Shown: positions 19,878 to 28,056, counted from the stretch's first letter. The stretch is DNA of 64,000 nt from Bacteroidota bacterium (GCA_028288625.1 JAQBNI010000145.1:16963-80962); one strand, 5' to 3'. A program made the numbers and translations. The notes: generated from the sequence alone by a model not told the origin.

Positions 19878-22800
19878 TTGCCTTGTATAAATTGTTGTCG
19901 CCGGAGCATCTTTTAAAACTTCCCTTCATAAATGACAGCAACAGTCTCGACAAACGCTTTTATACGGAGCTGTTGCACATCATCGGTTTAACAGAAACCA
20001 AAGAAGGAGGCAAAAAATTGATTGACCGGAACAAACCGGGAGAAAGACATACAGGTACAATATTGGAAGATGCTATCATTCAATTGGACAGTCTGGATAA
20101 ATTAAGCCGACTGGATAAACCAAACCAGTTTGGTCATAGCACACAGGAACGCTTGTTCAATATTGCTTTGGAGCTTTCTATCACATGGATAAACCGCATT
20201 TTATTTTTAAAATTATTAGAAGCTCAGCTCATCACTTATCACAAAGACGATAAGTCCTATTCGTTTCTCAATCTTAATAAAATCAAGGAATATGATGACC
20301 TGAACAACTTGTTTTTCCAGGTATTAGCAAGAAAATATAATGAGAGAAATGAAGATGTTCAGAGGGCTTTTGAGAAAGTACCTTATCTGAATAGCTCTCT
20401 TTTCGAGCCGACAGAACTTGAGCAGGTTACTTTGTTTATCAGCAATTTGAAAGATCTAAAGACTATTCCGGTTATTTCATCAACTGTACTGAAAGATCAG
20501 CAAGGAAAAAAGCGGACAGGTAATATTTCTACACTTGAATATTTGTTTGAGTTCTTGAACGCTTACGATTTCAGCAGCGAAGGTTCGGAAGAAATTCAAG
20601 AAGATAACAAAACGCTTATCAATGCTTCGGTGCTTGGTTTGATTTTCGAAAAAATAAACGGTTATAAGGACGGCTCGTATTTCACTCCGGGTTTCATCAC
20701 CATGTACATGTGTCATGAAACGATCCGAAAAGCCGTTGTGCAGAAATTCAATGAAACTAAAAAATGGAACTGTAACACCGTTGAAGAACTTTACGACAAA
20801 ATTGAAAACCGTACGGAAGCCAATAGCATTGTAAATAGCATTAAAATTTGCGATCCTGCCGTTGGCTCTGGTCACTTTCTCGTTTCGGCTCTTAATGAAA
20901 TGATTGCCGTAAAAAACGACTTAAAAATTTTGCAGGATCGTCAAGGCAAGCGTCTTAAAGAATACCACATGGAAGTGGTAAATGATGAATTAATTGTGAC
21001 TGATGAAGAAGGAGAGTTATTCGAATATAATCCGACGAACAAAGAGAGTCAGCGCATACAGGAAACACTGTTTCATGAAAAGCAAACGATCATCGAAAAT
21101 TGTCTTTTCGGTGTAGATATTAATTCTAATTCTGTTAAGATTTGCCGTTTGCGTTTGTGGATCGAGCTGTTAAAACACGCTTATTACAAAAGTACCACAG
21201 AACTTGAAACACTTCCGAATATTGACATCAATATCAAATGCGGAAATTCCCTGGTAAGCCGTTTTGCAATTGATGCCGACCTGAAACATGCACTCAAAAA
21301 AAGTAAATGGACGGTGGAGAGCTACCAAATAGCCGTTGATACTTATCGGAATGCCGAAAGCAAGGGGCAGAAAAGAGAAATGGTTAAACTGATTGACGAT
21401 ATCAAATCGGATTTCAGGAGTGAAATTTCATCGAACGATCCGAAAGTCAAGAGGCTTTATAGTCTTAATGGGGAATTATTGAAAATGACAACTCAACATA
21501 GCCTTTTTGGAATGGATAAAAAGGAAAAAGCAGATTGGGAAAAAAAGGTGCAGCAACTCACTGTGGAAATAAAAAAATCGGAAGCCGAGATTGAAGAAAT
21601 AAAAGCGAATAAAATGTTTGAAAATGCTTTTGAATGGCGGTTTGAATTTCCGGAAGTGCTGAATGACGGGGGAGATTTTGCAGGCTTTGACGTGGTTATC
21701 GGAAATCCTCCATATGTGCAACTGCAAAAAATGGGACAGGATGGAATTGATTTAGAGAAAATGCGGTTTGAAACTTTTGCAAAAACCGGCGATATCTATA
21801 GTTTATTTTATGAATTAGGCTATCGAATACTTAAACCATCAGGTGTATTGACTTATATTACTTCTAATAAATGGATGAGAGCCGGTTATGGGGAAAGTAC
21901 CCGTAAGTTTTTTGCAGAAAAAACAAACCCGGTTTTATTGGTAGATTTTGCCGGAGCAAAAATATTTGATGAAGCTACGGTTGATACCAATATTTTAATG
22001 TTTGAAAAACAGCAAAATCAGCATAAAACATTTGCCTGTATTGCGAAGGAATTTAACGTGTTAAATAATTTGAGCGTTTTTGTTAAGCAGGAGGCTACTG
22101 TTTGCTCATTTTTAAAATCAGACAGTTGGGTTATACTTTCGGGTATAGAAAATCGAATAAAGGAAAAGATTGAAAGCATTGGAACGCCTCTAAAAAAATG
22201 GAACATACAAATAAACTATGGCATTAAAACAGGCTTTAATGAAGCCTTTATTATTGATGGTGAGAAACGTAAAGAGTTAATAGAACAAGATCCCAAAAGT
22301 GAAGAAATTATACGACCGATTCTTAGGGGACGTGATATAAAGCGGTATGGATATGATTTTGGAGATGTGTGGTTATTGTTTATTCCATGGCATTTTCCCT
22401 TACATAATGACCCTACAATTACAGGAGCATCAAGTAAAGCTGAAGATGCCTTTAAATCTCAATTTCCAGCAGTTTATAATCATTTAGTACAGCACAAAAC
22501 GGAACTATCAAATCGCAATAAAGCAGAGACTGGGATACGTTATGAATGGTATGCATTACAGCGTTGGGGAGCAAATTATTGGGAGGATTTTTCTAAACAA
22601 AAAATCATTTGGATTGAATTGGCTGACAAAGGACGATTTGCTCTCGATACACGAGATAATTATATTACTTTGAATGGAACATTTATCATGGTAGGATATG
22701 ATTTGGAATATTTATGTTGTGTATTAAATAATCCAATAACTAGCTGGCACTTTAATACCTTTTGTATCAGTTCTGGTGTTGGTACAAATCAATGGAGAGA

Positions 22801-22987
22801 ATTTTATGTAAAAGAACTCTTCATCCCAAAAGTCAATGAAACTAAGAAAAGGAACATTGTTTCTCAGTTCTCAGATTTAAAAAAAGATGAAGGCTTAACA
22901 GTCGCCAAACAAAGAATCCTGGATCATCAAATTTATTCATTGTTTAAGTTAACACAAGAAGAAATAGAGTTTATTGAATCTCAATAA
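19871..22987 (+). CDS. Type IIG restriction-modification enzyme, N6-adenine methyltransferase plus C-terminal TRD (Eco57I-like family)
   Basis: SAM motif I ICDPAVGSGHFLV and catalytic motif IV VVIGNPPYV. TaqI-like C-terminal specificity domain (GIKTGFNEAFIIDG, IIRPILRGRDIKRY). The track start is a TTG, and the frame is open upstream to 19805. Confidence 0.85.
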   Translation: MLIALYKLLSPEHLLKLPFINDSNSLDKRFYTELLHIIGLTETKEGGKKLIDRNKPGERHTGTILEDAIIQLDSLDKLSRLDKPNQFGHSTQERLFNIALELSITWINRILFLKLLEAQLITYHKDDKSYSFLNLNKIKEYDDLNNLFFQVLARKYNERNEDVQRAFEKVPYLNSSLFEPTELEQVTLFISNLKDLKTIPVISSTVLKDQQGKKRTGNISTLEYLFEFLNAYDFSSEGSEEIQEDNKTLINASVLGLIFEKINGYKDGSYFTPGFITMYMCHETIRKAVVQKFNETKKWNCNTVEELYDKIENRTEANSIVNSIKICDPAVGSGHFLVSALNEMIAVKNDLKILQDRQGKRLKEYHMEVVNDELIVTDEEGELFEYNPTNKESQRIQETLFHEKQTIIENCLFGVDINSNSVKICRLRLWIELLKHAYYKSTTELETLPNIDINIKCGNSLVSRFAIDADLKHALKKSKWTVESYQIAVDTYRNAESKGQKREMVKLIDDIKSDFRSEISSNDPKVKRLYSLNGELLKMTTQHSLFGMDKKEKADWEKKVQQLTVEIKKSEAEIEEIKANKMFENAFEWRFEFPEVLNDGGDFAGFDVVIGNPPYVQLQKMGQDGIDLEKMRFETFAKTGDIYSLFYELGYRILKPSGVLTYITSNKWMRAGYGESTRKFFAEKTNPVLLVDFAGAKIFDEATVDTNILMFEKQQNQHKTFACIAKEFNVLNNLSVFVKQEATVCSFLKSDSWVILSGIENRIKEKIESIGTPLKKWNIQINYGIKTGFNEAFIIDGEKRKELIEQDPKSEEIIRPILRGRDIKRYGYDFGDVWLLFIPWHFPLHNDPTITGASSKAEDAFKSQFPAVYNHLVQHKTELSNRNKAETGIRYEWYALQRWGANYWEDFSKQKIIWIELADKGRFALDTRDNYITLNGTFIMVGYDLEYLCCVLNNPITSWHFNTFCISSGVGTNQWREFYVKELFIPKVNETKKRNIVSQFSDLKKDEGLTVAKQRILDHQIYSLFKLTQEEIEFIESQ
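22073..22085 (+). repeat. left copy of the 13-bp inverted repeat AGCGTTTTTGTTA (candidate inversion crossover site)
   Basis: Encodes S-V-F-V in frame in the Type IIG gene. The exact reverse complement lies at 23804..23816 in the same codon phase of the silent cassette. Confidence 0.6.
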
Positions 22988-23002
22988 ATTCTATTTCTTC
23001 TT
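22956..23002. repeat. 22-bp imperfect inverted repeat (1 mismatch, 3-nt spacer) at the tail-to-tail junction; possible bidirectional terminator hairpin
   Basis: aagaagaaatagagtttattga atc tcaataaattctatttcttctt. Both arms encode the shared C-terminus EEIEFIE.Q-stop of the two TRDs. Confidence 0.7.
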
Positions 23003-23819
23003 TAGATAAACCATAAAGCGTATATACTAATTTATCAATTTTCTTTTCATAAGTTGGGGAAATGTCATCCTCTAAAAATGATGTGAATTGATTTTGTTCT
23101 AATTCAGAAATTTTTGGAACTGGTAGTTGCTCAATAAACATTGGTTTGTACTCAAAGTAACCTCCATTTCTTGTTACTCCTAATTTTCTTATATAATAAT
23201 CACCTACTTTAGAATTAAGGATTGTCAAAAGATATTTATTTGCGGGAACAATCATTGGACAAGGAGCACTCACAAAAACGCCTTCGGGAGCTATAGAATA
23301 AGACGCTTTCAAGTTTAAATTCCCCCACACTATTTTTTGTTTAGAAAAATCCTCCATATATGCACAGTTCCGCAAATTGTAAGGTGTTTCACCTTTATCC
23401 GCGCGTTTTTCCAATTCAGGATAGAACTGGTCAAGATGTTTTTTGATAGCAGGATAATCGGCTATACTTATAGGTTTTATTCCCTTTTCCTTTGTGCCAT
23501 TGTGCGTATTTATAAGCCACAAATCCGCAAAATCGTATACATATCTTTTTATGTCCCTGCCGCGTAAAATAGGTCGTATAATCTCAGCTGATTTTGGATC
23601 GATCGCTATGAGTTCATCTTTTTTCTTGCCGTCAATAATAAATGCTTCGTTATAACCAGTCAGAATTCCTCGATAAATATTAATATCCCAATCTTTCAAG
23701 GGGATTCCGACAGCTTCGATCTTTGCTTTAATACCTTGTTCAAGAGGTGATAAAATCCCCCAACTATCCTTTCTATTGAAACTGTATATAGATGCAAATT
23801 GCCTAACAAAAACGCTGGA
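22971..23819 (-). CDS. silent alternative TRD cassette: 5'-truncated, start-less copy of the Type IIG C-terminal specificity domain
   Basis: The frame is open from 23819 (in-frame TAA at 23820-23822) with no ATG; the track ORF 22971..23699 begins at an internal TTG. SVFVRQFASIYSFNRKDSWGILSPLEQGIKAKIEAVGIPLKDWDINIYRGILTGYNEAFIIDG aligns with residues SVFVKQEATVCSFLKSDSWVILSGIENRIKEKIESIGTPLKKWNIQINYGIKTGFNEAFIIDG of the main gene. Confidence 0.75.
   Translation of the reverse strand, partial: SSVFVRQFASIYSFNRKDSWGILSPLEQGIKAKIEAVGIPLKDWDINIYRGILTGYNEAFIIDGKKKDELIAIDPKSAEIIRPILRGRDIKRYVYDFADLWLINTHNGTKEKGIKPISIADYPAIKKHLDQFYPELEKRADKGETPYNLRNCAYMEDFSKQKIVWGNLNLKASYSIAPEGVFVSAPCPMIVPANKYLLTILNSKVGDYYIRKLGVTRNGGYFEYKPMFIEQLPVPKISELEQNQFTSFLEDDISPTYEKKIDKLVYTLYGLSKEEIEFIEIQ
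23804..23816 (-). repeat. right copy of the 13-bp inverted repeat AGCGTTTTTGTTA
   Basis: taacaaaaacgct on the plus strand. It lies at the exact 5' limit of cassette homology, one codon from the in-frame stop. Confidence 0.6.
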
Positions 23820-23821
23820 TT

Positions 23822-23859
23822 AGTGTATAAAAAAATTGACTAGGTTTTCATTATACACT
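23822..23859. promoter_or_regulatory. 38-bp palindromic site (AGTGTATAA-N20-TTATACACT) between cassette edge and recombinase gene
   Basis: Perfect 9-bp arms. It lies 5 bp from the right IR copy and 47 bp upstream of the recombinase ATG. It may be a recombinase-binding or operator site. Confidence 0.35.
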
Positions 23860-23906
23860 TTCTGTTTAATTTAAACATTTTAATTAACCACTTAAACCTA
23901 AAAATT

Positions 23907-24512
23907 ATGATTTACGGCTATATCCGCGTAAGCACCGACAAACAAACAGTAGAAAACCAACGCTATGAACTTAATCAGTTTTGCCAAAAACAAATTCTGG
24001 TTATAGACAAATGGATTGATGAAACTATTTCAGGTTCAAAAAACCTGCAAGAAAGAAAACTGGGAAAACTCCTTAAAAAAATGAGAAAAGGAGATGTTCT
24101 TATCTGTTCCGAACTCTCACGACTTGGAAGAAACCTTTTGATGATTATGGGCATTCTTAATGAATGTATGAACCGCGATATTCAAGTATGGACTATTAAA
24201 GACAATTACCGTTTAGGAAGTGATATTAACTCCAAGGTATTGGCTTTTGCATTTGGTCTGTCAGCCGAAATTGAACGCAACCTTATTTCTCAAAGAACCA
24301 AGGAAGCACTAGCACGTAAAAAAGCAGAGGGAGTTATACTTGGTCGTCCAAAAGGCAGAAAATCTTCTAAAACAAAACTTACCGGGCAAGAGAAAAAGAT
24401 CCGGGAATTCTTAGACAGAAAAGTTTCTTATTCAGCTATTGGCAGGATTTTAGGTGTGCATCGGCTGACAGTAAGCAGTTTTGTGAATGGAGAAAAATTT
24501 AGTGTGTCATAA
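23907..24512 (+). CDS. small serine recombinase (resolvase/invertase family)
   Basis: MIYGYIRVSTDKQ with catalytic Ser9, SRLGRN, the E-helix AEIERNLISQRTKEAL, and a C-terminal HTH (SYSAIGRILGVHRLTV). Confidence 0.9.
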   Translation: MIYGYIRVSTDKQTVENQRYELNQFCQKQILVIDKWIDETISGSKNLQERKLGKLLKKMRKGDVLICSELSRLGRNLLMIMGILNECMNRDIQVWTIKDNYRLGSDINSKVLAFAFGLSAEIERNLISQRTKEALARKKAEGVILGRPKGRKSSKTKLTGQEKKIREFLDRKVSYSAIGRILGVHRLTVSSFVNGEKFSVS

Positions 24513-24525
24513 AATTAAAGGATAA

Positions 24526-24550
24526 GGATTCTGAATCAGTTCAGGATGAC
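24526..24550 (-). repeat. REP GTCATCCTGAAC..TTCAGAATCC (reverse orientation) at the right edge of the R-M island
   Basis: Sequence is ggattctgaatcagttcaggatgac. Confidence 0.75.
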
Positions 24551-24559
24551 ACAGTTAAT

Positions 24560-24670
24560 GCATTAGGGATAGAAGCGGAAACAGCGTTGAAGCGGATAGC
24601 CCGACCGCGTTTGTGGCTTGTGAGTAGGCGACGCGGGAATGCCATAATAGTGAAAGTGAGAATGAAAGTG
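24560..24670 (-). repeat. second copy of the ~110-nt dispersed element, inverted relative to 11690..11812
   Basis: gcattagggatagaagcg...gaagcggatagcccgaccgcg...acgcgggaatgcc...gtgaaagtgagaatgaaagtg. Confidence 0.75.
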
Positions 24671-24727
24671 ATTAAGTATTCACATGGATTCTCTTTAGGT
24701 TAAGAGTGCGTAGGAATAAACTTTATA

Positions 24728-24752
24728 GATCCCAAATCAAGTTTGGGATGAC
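24728..24752 (-). repeat. REP variant GTCATCCCAAACTTGATTTGGGATC (reverse orientation)
   Basis: gatcccaaatcaagtttgggatgac, just downstream of the panB stop. Confidence 0.75.
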
Positions 24753-24761
24753 GGTAGTCTG

Positions 24762-25580
24762 CTAATACTGCTCCTTCTCATTCGGGAAGTCCTTGTTCTT
24801 AATATCGGAAATATATTGTTGTGTAGCTGCTTTAATATCATCATACAAATTCATATAGCGGCGTAAAAACCGCGGCTGAAATTCATGCGTGATGCCGAGC
24901 ATGTCGTGCGTTACTAAAACTTGTCCGTCTACGTGCGGACCGGCGCCGATGCCGATCACGGGAATAGAAATACTTTCTGAAACTTTCTTTGCGAGTGTTG
25001 CAGGAATTTTTTCAAGCACCAATGCAAAGCATCCAATGCTTTCTAAATATTTTGCATCTTCCATCAGCCGTTCTGCTTCTTCTTCTTCCTTTGCTCTCAC
25101 CGTATATGTTCCGAATTTATAAATCGATTGTGGTGTCAAACCCAGATGTCCCATTACGGGAATGCCCGCGGTTAAAATTCTGATGATCGATTCACCCACT
25201 TCTTTTCCGCCTTCGAGTTTTATGCCGTGTCCTCCCGTTTCTTTCATGATGCGGATAGAACTGTTTAATGCTTCCCGCGAATTTCCCTGGTACGAACCGA
25301 ACGGAAGATCCACCACAACAAAACATCGCTTGATGGCACGCACAACACTTTGCGCATGATAGATCATTTGATCGAGCGTGATCGGCAGCGTGGTTTCATG
25401 TCCAGCCATCACGTTGGATGCAGAATCGCCAACGAGAATAATATCTATACCTGCATCATCCAGGATCTTCGCCATCGAAAAATCATATCCCGTCAGCATG
25501 GATATTTTTTCGCCGCGGTCCTTCATCTCCCTCAGTTTTTGCGTGGTAACGCGTTTTATTTCACTTTGTGCGCTTGACAT
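24762..25580 (-). CDS. panB: 3-methyl-2-oxobutanoate hydroxymethyltransferase
   Basis: Motifs [29 protein letters not shown] and GHLGLTPQS. Start set at MSSAQSE (25580); the track start at 25634 adds 18 unlikely residues. Confidence 0.85.
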   Translation of the reverse strand: MSSAQSEIKRVTTQKLREMKDRGEKISMLTGYDFSMAKILDDAGIDIILVGDSASNVMAGHETTLPITLDQMIYHAQSVVRAIKRCFVVVDLPFGSYQGNSREALNSSIRIMKETGGHGIKLEGGKEVGESIIRILTAGIPVMGHLGLTPQSIYKFGTYTVRAKEEEEAERLMEDAKYLESIGCFALVLEKIPATLAKKVSESISIPVIGIGAGPHVDGQVLVTHDMLGITHEFQPRFLRRYMNLYDDIKAATQQYISDIKNKDFPNEKEQY

Positions 25581-25762
25581 ACTTATAATATTGTGCGTGA
25601 ATTTATGAATAATTGATTTCAAAGGTGTTAACATATAATTAGTTTTTTCTCATAGCTGGTTACTAATGAGATATAACTCAATAATTCTGTATTTTTACCC
25701 CGTTAAACGCGAAGCGTTCACGAACACATTTAAAAACAATATTTTTGAGTAAATAAATTTGA

Positions 25763-26596
25763 ATGAATTTCCTAAAAATCTCTGTTCCGGAATTGCTTGA
25801 GTTAGGCAAACAAAAAAATGCCGAATACACGACTGCTCACCCGTTTCCCAATATTTATTTCGATGATTTTTTTGATGCCGACGCCTTGCACAAAGTGCTT
25901 GCGGAATTTCCGGAGATCGGAAAAGATAAAAATGATATAAAATATGAAAACCCGAATGAATTAAAATTAGCAACCAAGGGCGAATACCGTTTTGGTGAAG
26001 TGACGAAGGAATTCGTTCATTTTTTAAATTCACAACCGTTTCTTGAATTTCTTCAAAATCTTTCCGGCATAAAAGAAACATTGATCCCGGATCCATATTA
26101 TGAAGGTGGAGGATTCCACGAAATAAAACCGGGTGGTTACTTAAAAATGCATGTCGATTTTCACAAGCACAAGCAAATGAACCTTGACAGGCGAATAAAT
26201 ATTTTAGTGTATCTGAATGAAGACTGGAAGGAAGAATACGGCGGGAATTTTGAATTGTGGGAAAGAGATATGAGCAAATGCGCTGTAAAAATTTTACCCG
26301 TATTTAACCGCATGGCGATGTTCTCTACCACCGATTATTCCTGGCATGGGCATCCTGATCCATTAACGTGTCCGCCGGATAGAAGCCGCCGGTCATTGGC
26401 GTTGTATTATTATACAAACGGAAGACCTGCAGAAGAAGTGAGCAGCGCTGAACGTCAAAAGATCGTTACTACATTCACTGCGAGAAAGGGACAGGATTCA
26501 ACGAAGATGAAATTCTTCAACTCCTTTGTTAATCTCGCTGTCGACCTTTGTCCGCCGATCATTTTAAAAGCAATAAAAAAAATAAGAAACACGTAA
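25763..26596 (+). CDS. 2OG-Fe(II) oxygenase superfamily protein
   Basis: HVD...H facial-triad pattern (LKMHVDFH ... SWHGHP) and the size typical of this family. Confidence 0.6.
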   Translation: MNFLKISVPELLELGKQKNAEYTTAHPFPNIYFDDFFDADALHKVLAEFPEIGKDKNDIKYENPNELKLATKGEYRFGEVTKEFVHFLNSQPFLEFLQNLSGIKETLIPDPYYEGGGFHEIKPGGYLKMHVDFHKHKQMNLDRRINILVYLNEDWKEEYGGNFELWERDMSKCAVKILPVFNRMAMFSTTDYSWHGHPDPLTCPPDRSRRSLALYYYTNGRPAEEVSSAERQKIVTTFTARKGQDSTKMKFFNSFVNLAVDLCPPIILKAIKKIRNT

Positions 26597-26605
26597 AAAG
26601 TTAAC

Positions 26606-26654
26606 CGTTCACTGTTCACAGATCGCCGTGAACCGTGAACCGTGAACAGTGAAC
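26606..26654. repeat. stem-loop with GTGAACC heptamer repeats (probable terminator/REP)
   Basis: gttcactgttcac pairs with gtgaacagtgaac, and (c)gtgaac is repeated four times. Confidence 0.6.
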
Positions 26655-26658
26655 TAAT

Positions 26659-27552
26659 ATGGAACAACTCAAAACTTGCTTATGCTGCGGCGGAACTCAT
26701 TTCCAATTGTATCTACATGCAAAGGATAGTTATTCAAATGCATCCTTTGACATTGTAAAATGTGTTTCCTGCGGATTTGTATTTACCAATCCACGTCCGG
26801 ATATTAACGGGATCGCACAATATTATACTTCTCCGGATTATATGTCGCACAACAGTCACGGCAAGGGCTTGGTTCAAAGTATTTACAGGTATGCGAGAAA
26901 ATATATGATGAGAAAAAAACTTTCGCTCATCCAGGAAATTTCAGGCAAGCAACAAGATTTTTCTTTGCTCGATTTCGGCTGTGGCACCGGTGATTTTTTA
27001 GGCTATGTAAAACAGCATCATATTTTTGCAGAAGGTGTAGAACCCGATCAGCATGCAAGAGAAATTGCAAGATCTGTAAACAACGTTGATACTTATTCAA
27101 TAGAAGATTCTGCAAATATAGAACCTGGAAAATTTGATGTGATCACTTTATGGCATGTGCTCGAACATGTACATGAGCTTCATCCACAAATAGAGTATTT
27201 TAATAAATGGTTGAAGAAAGGCGGAATACTTTTAATTGCAGTTCCAAACATTGAAAGTTATGACGCAAAAAAATATGATAAATATTGGGACGCGCTTGAT
27301 GTGCCAAGACATATTTATCATTTCTCTCCAAAAAATATTAAACAGATTGTCAGTCAGCACAATTTTGTTTTCGTTCAGCAATACCCATTACTGCTCGATG
27401 CATTTTATATTTCTATGAGGAGTGAATGGCATAAAGGCACCGGAAAATTTCTTTCATTTTTGAAAGCGATTTTAACCGGTTTAAATAGCAATTTAAATGC
27501 ACGAAAAACCTTAAATTATTCAAGTCTGATCTACGTGTTTAAAAAGTCCTGA
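26659..27552 (+). CDS. class I SAM-dependent methyltransferase with N-terminal Cys4 zinc ribbon
   Basis: CLCCGG...CVSCG, then SAM motif LLDFGCGTGDF. Confidence 0.75.
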   Translation: MEQLKTCLCCGGTHFQLYLHAKDSYSNASFDIVKCVSCGFVFTNPRPDINGIAQYYTSPDYMSHNSHGKGLVQSIYRYARKYMMRKKLSLIQEISGKQQDFSLLDFGCGTGDFLGYVKQHHIFAEGVEPDQHAREIARSVNNVDTYSIEDSANIEPGKFDVITLWHVLEHVHELHPQIEYFNKWLKKGGILLIAVPNIESYDAKKYDKYWDALDVPRHIYHFSPKNIKQIVSQHNFVFVQQYPLLLDAFYISMRSEWHKGTGKFLSFLKAILTGLNSNLNARKTLNYSSLIYVFKKS

Positions 27553-27781
27553 ACATTGCATTTTATCATCCTGATAGAATACTCACAACAATAAAAGTTT
27601 ATATATATGCTCTCTTTCTCACTCATTCTGTGATCATAACGCATATTGACATTTTTTATGTGAGATAATAAAGTGTGAATGTTATAACTTTTTTTGAAAG
27701 TTATATAACAGTTGTCAATTCATTCGATTGCATCTTTACATCGTAATTATAACAAATTTAATAACTATTAAAATTAACAAC

Positions 27782-27970
27782 ATGACAAGCACAAGAGAAA
27801 TAAAAGGAAACTGGGACCAGATCAAAGGAAAGCTGAAACAACAATATGCTCAGTTAACCGATGATGATTTAATGTTCCAGGAAGGAAAAGAAGATGAATT
27901 ATACGGAAGACTTCAGGCAAAGATCGGAAAAACAAAGGATGAAATCCGGGAATTTATTTCCAAATTATAA
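27782..27970 (+). CDS. CsbD-family general stress protein (63 aa)
   Basis: [42 protein letters not shown]. The ATG at 27782 is preferred over the track start at 27728. Confidence 0.8.
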   Translation: MTSTREIKGNWDQIKGKLKQQYAQLTDDDLMFQEGKEDELYGRLQAKIGKTKDEIREFISKL

Positions 27971-27990
27971 CCTTTCTTTATTCAACAAGT

Positions 27991-28022
27991 ATGCCGTTTA
28001 GCGGCGTAACGCTAAACGGCAT
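27991..28022 (+). terminator. perfect 12-bp stem hairpin after the CsbD gene
   Basis: atgccgtttagc ggcgtaac gctaaacggcat. There is no U-tract, as is common in Bacteroidota. Confidence 0.55.
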
Positions 28023-28056
28023 ACTATACTTAATGCAATTTGTTAAACAACCAAAA

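Noticed and set aside
20604-20615. Near-copy TAACAAAACGCT of the 13-bp repeat inside the methylase region
   Set aside because: It has one A fewer and sits in unrelated sequence context. Inversion with it would destroy the methylase domain, so it is probably chance.
22307-22317. 11-nt identity ATTATACGACC shared (inverted) with 23572-23582 as an alternative crossover site
   Set aside because: It lies inside the universally conserved IIRPILRG motif of the TRD family, where chance nucleotide identity is expected. Recombination there would not swap the N-terminal part of the TRD. The boundary repeat at 22073/23804 is the better candidate.
11690-24670. Composite-transposon interpretation of the two inverted ~110-nt elements
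   Set aside because: No transposase is present, and the intervening 12.7 kb is mainly core metabolism (ilvA, malic enzyme, rhlE, purF). The elements are more likely independent copies of a dispersed repeat.
25695-26096. 133-aa ORF antisense to the 2OG-Fe(II) oxygenase gene
   Set aside because: It overlaps a gene with recognisable motifs and has no features of its own.
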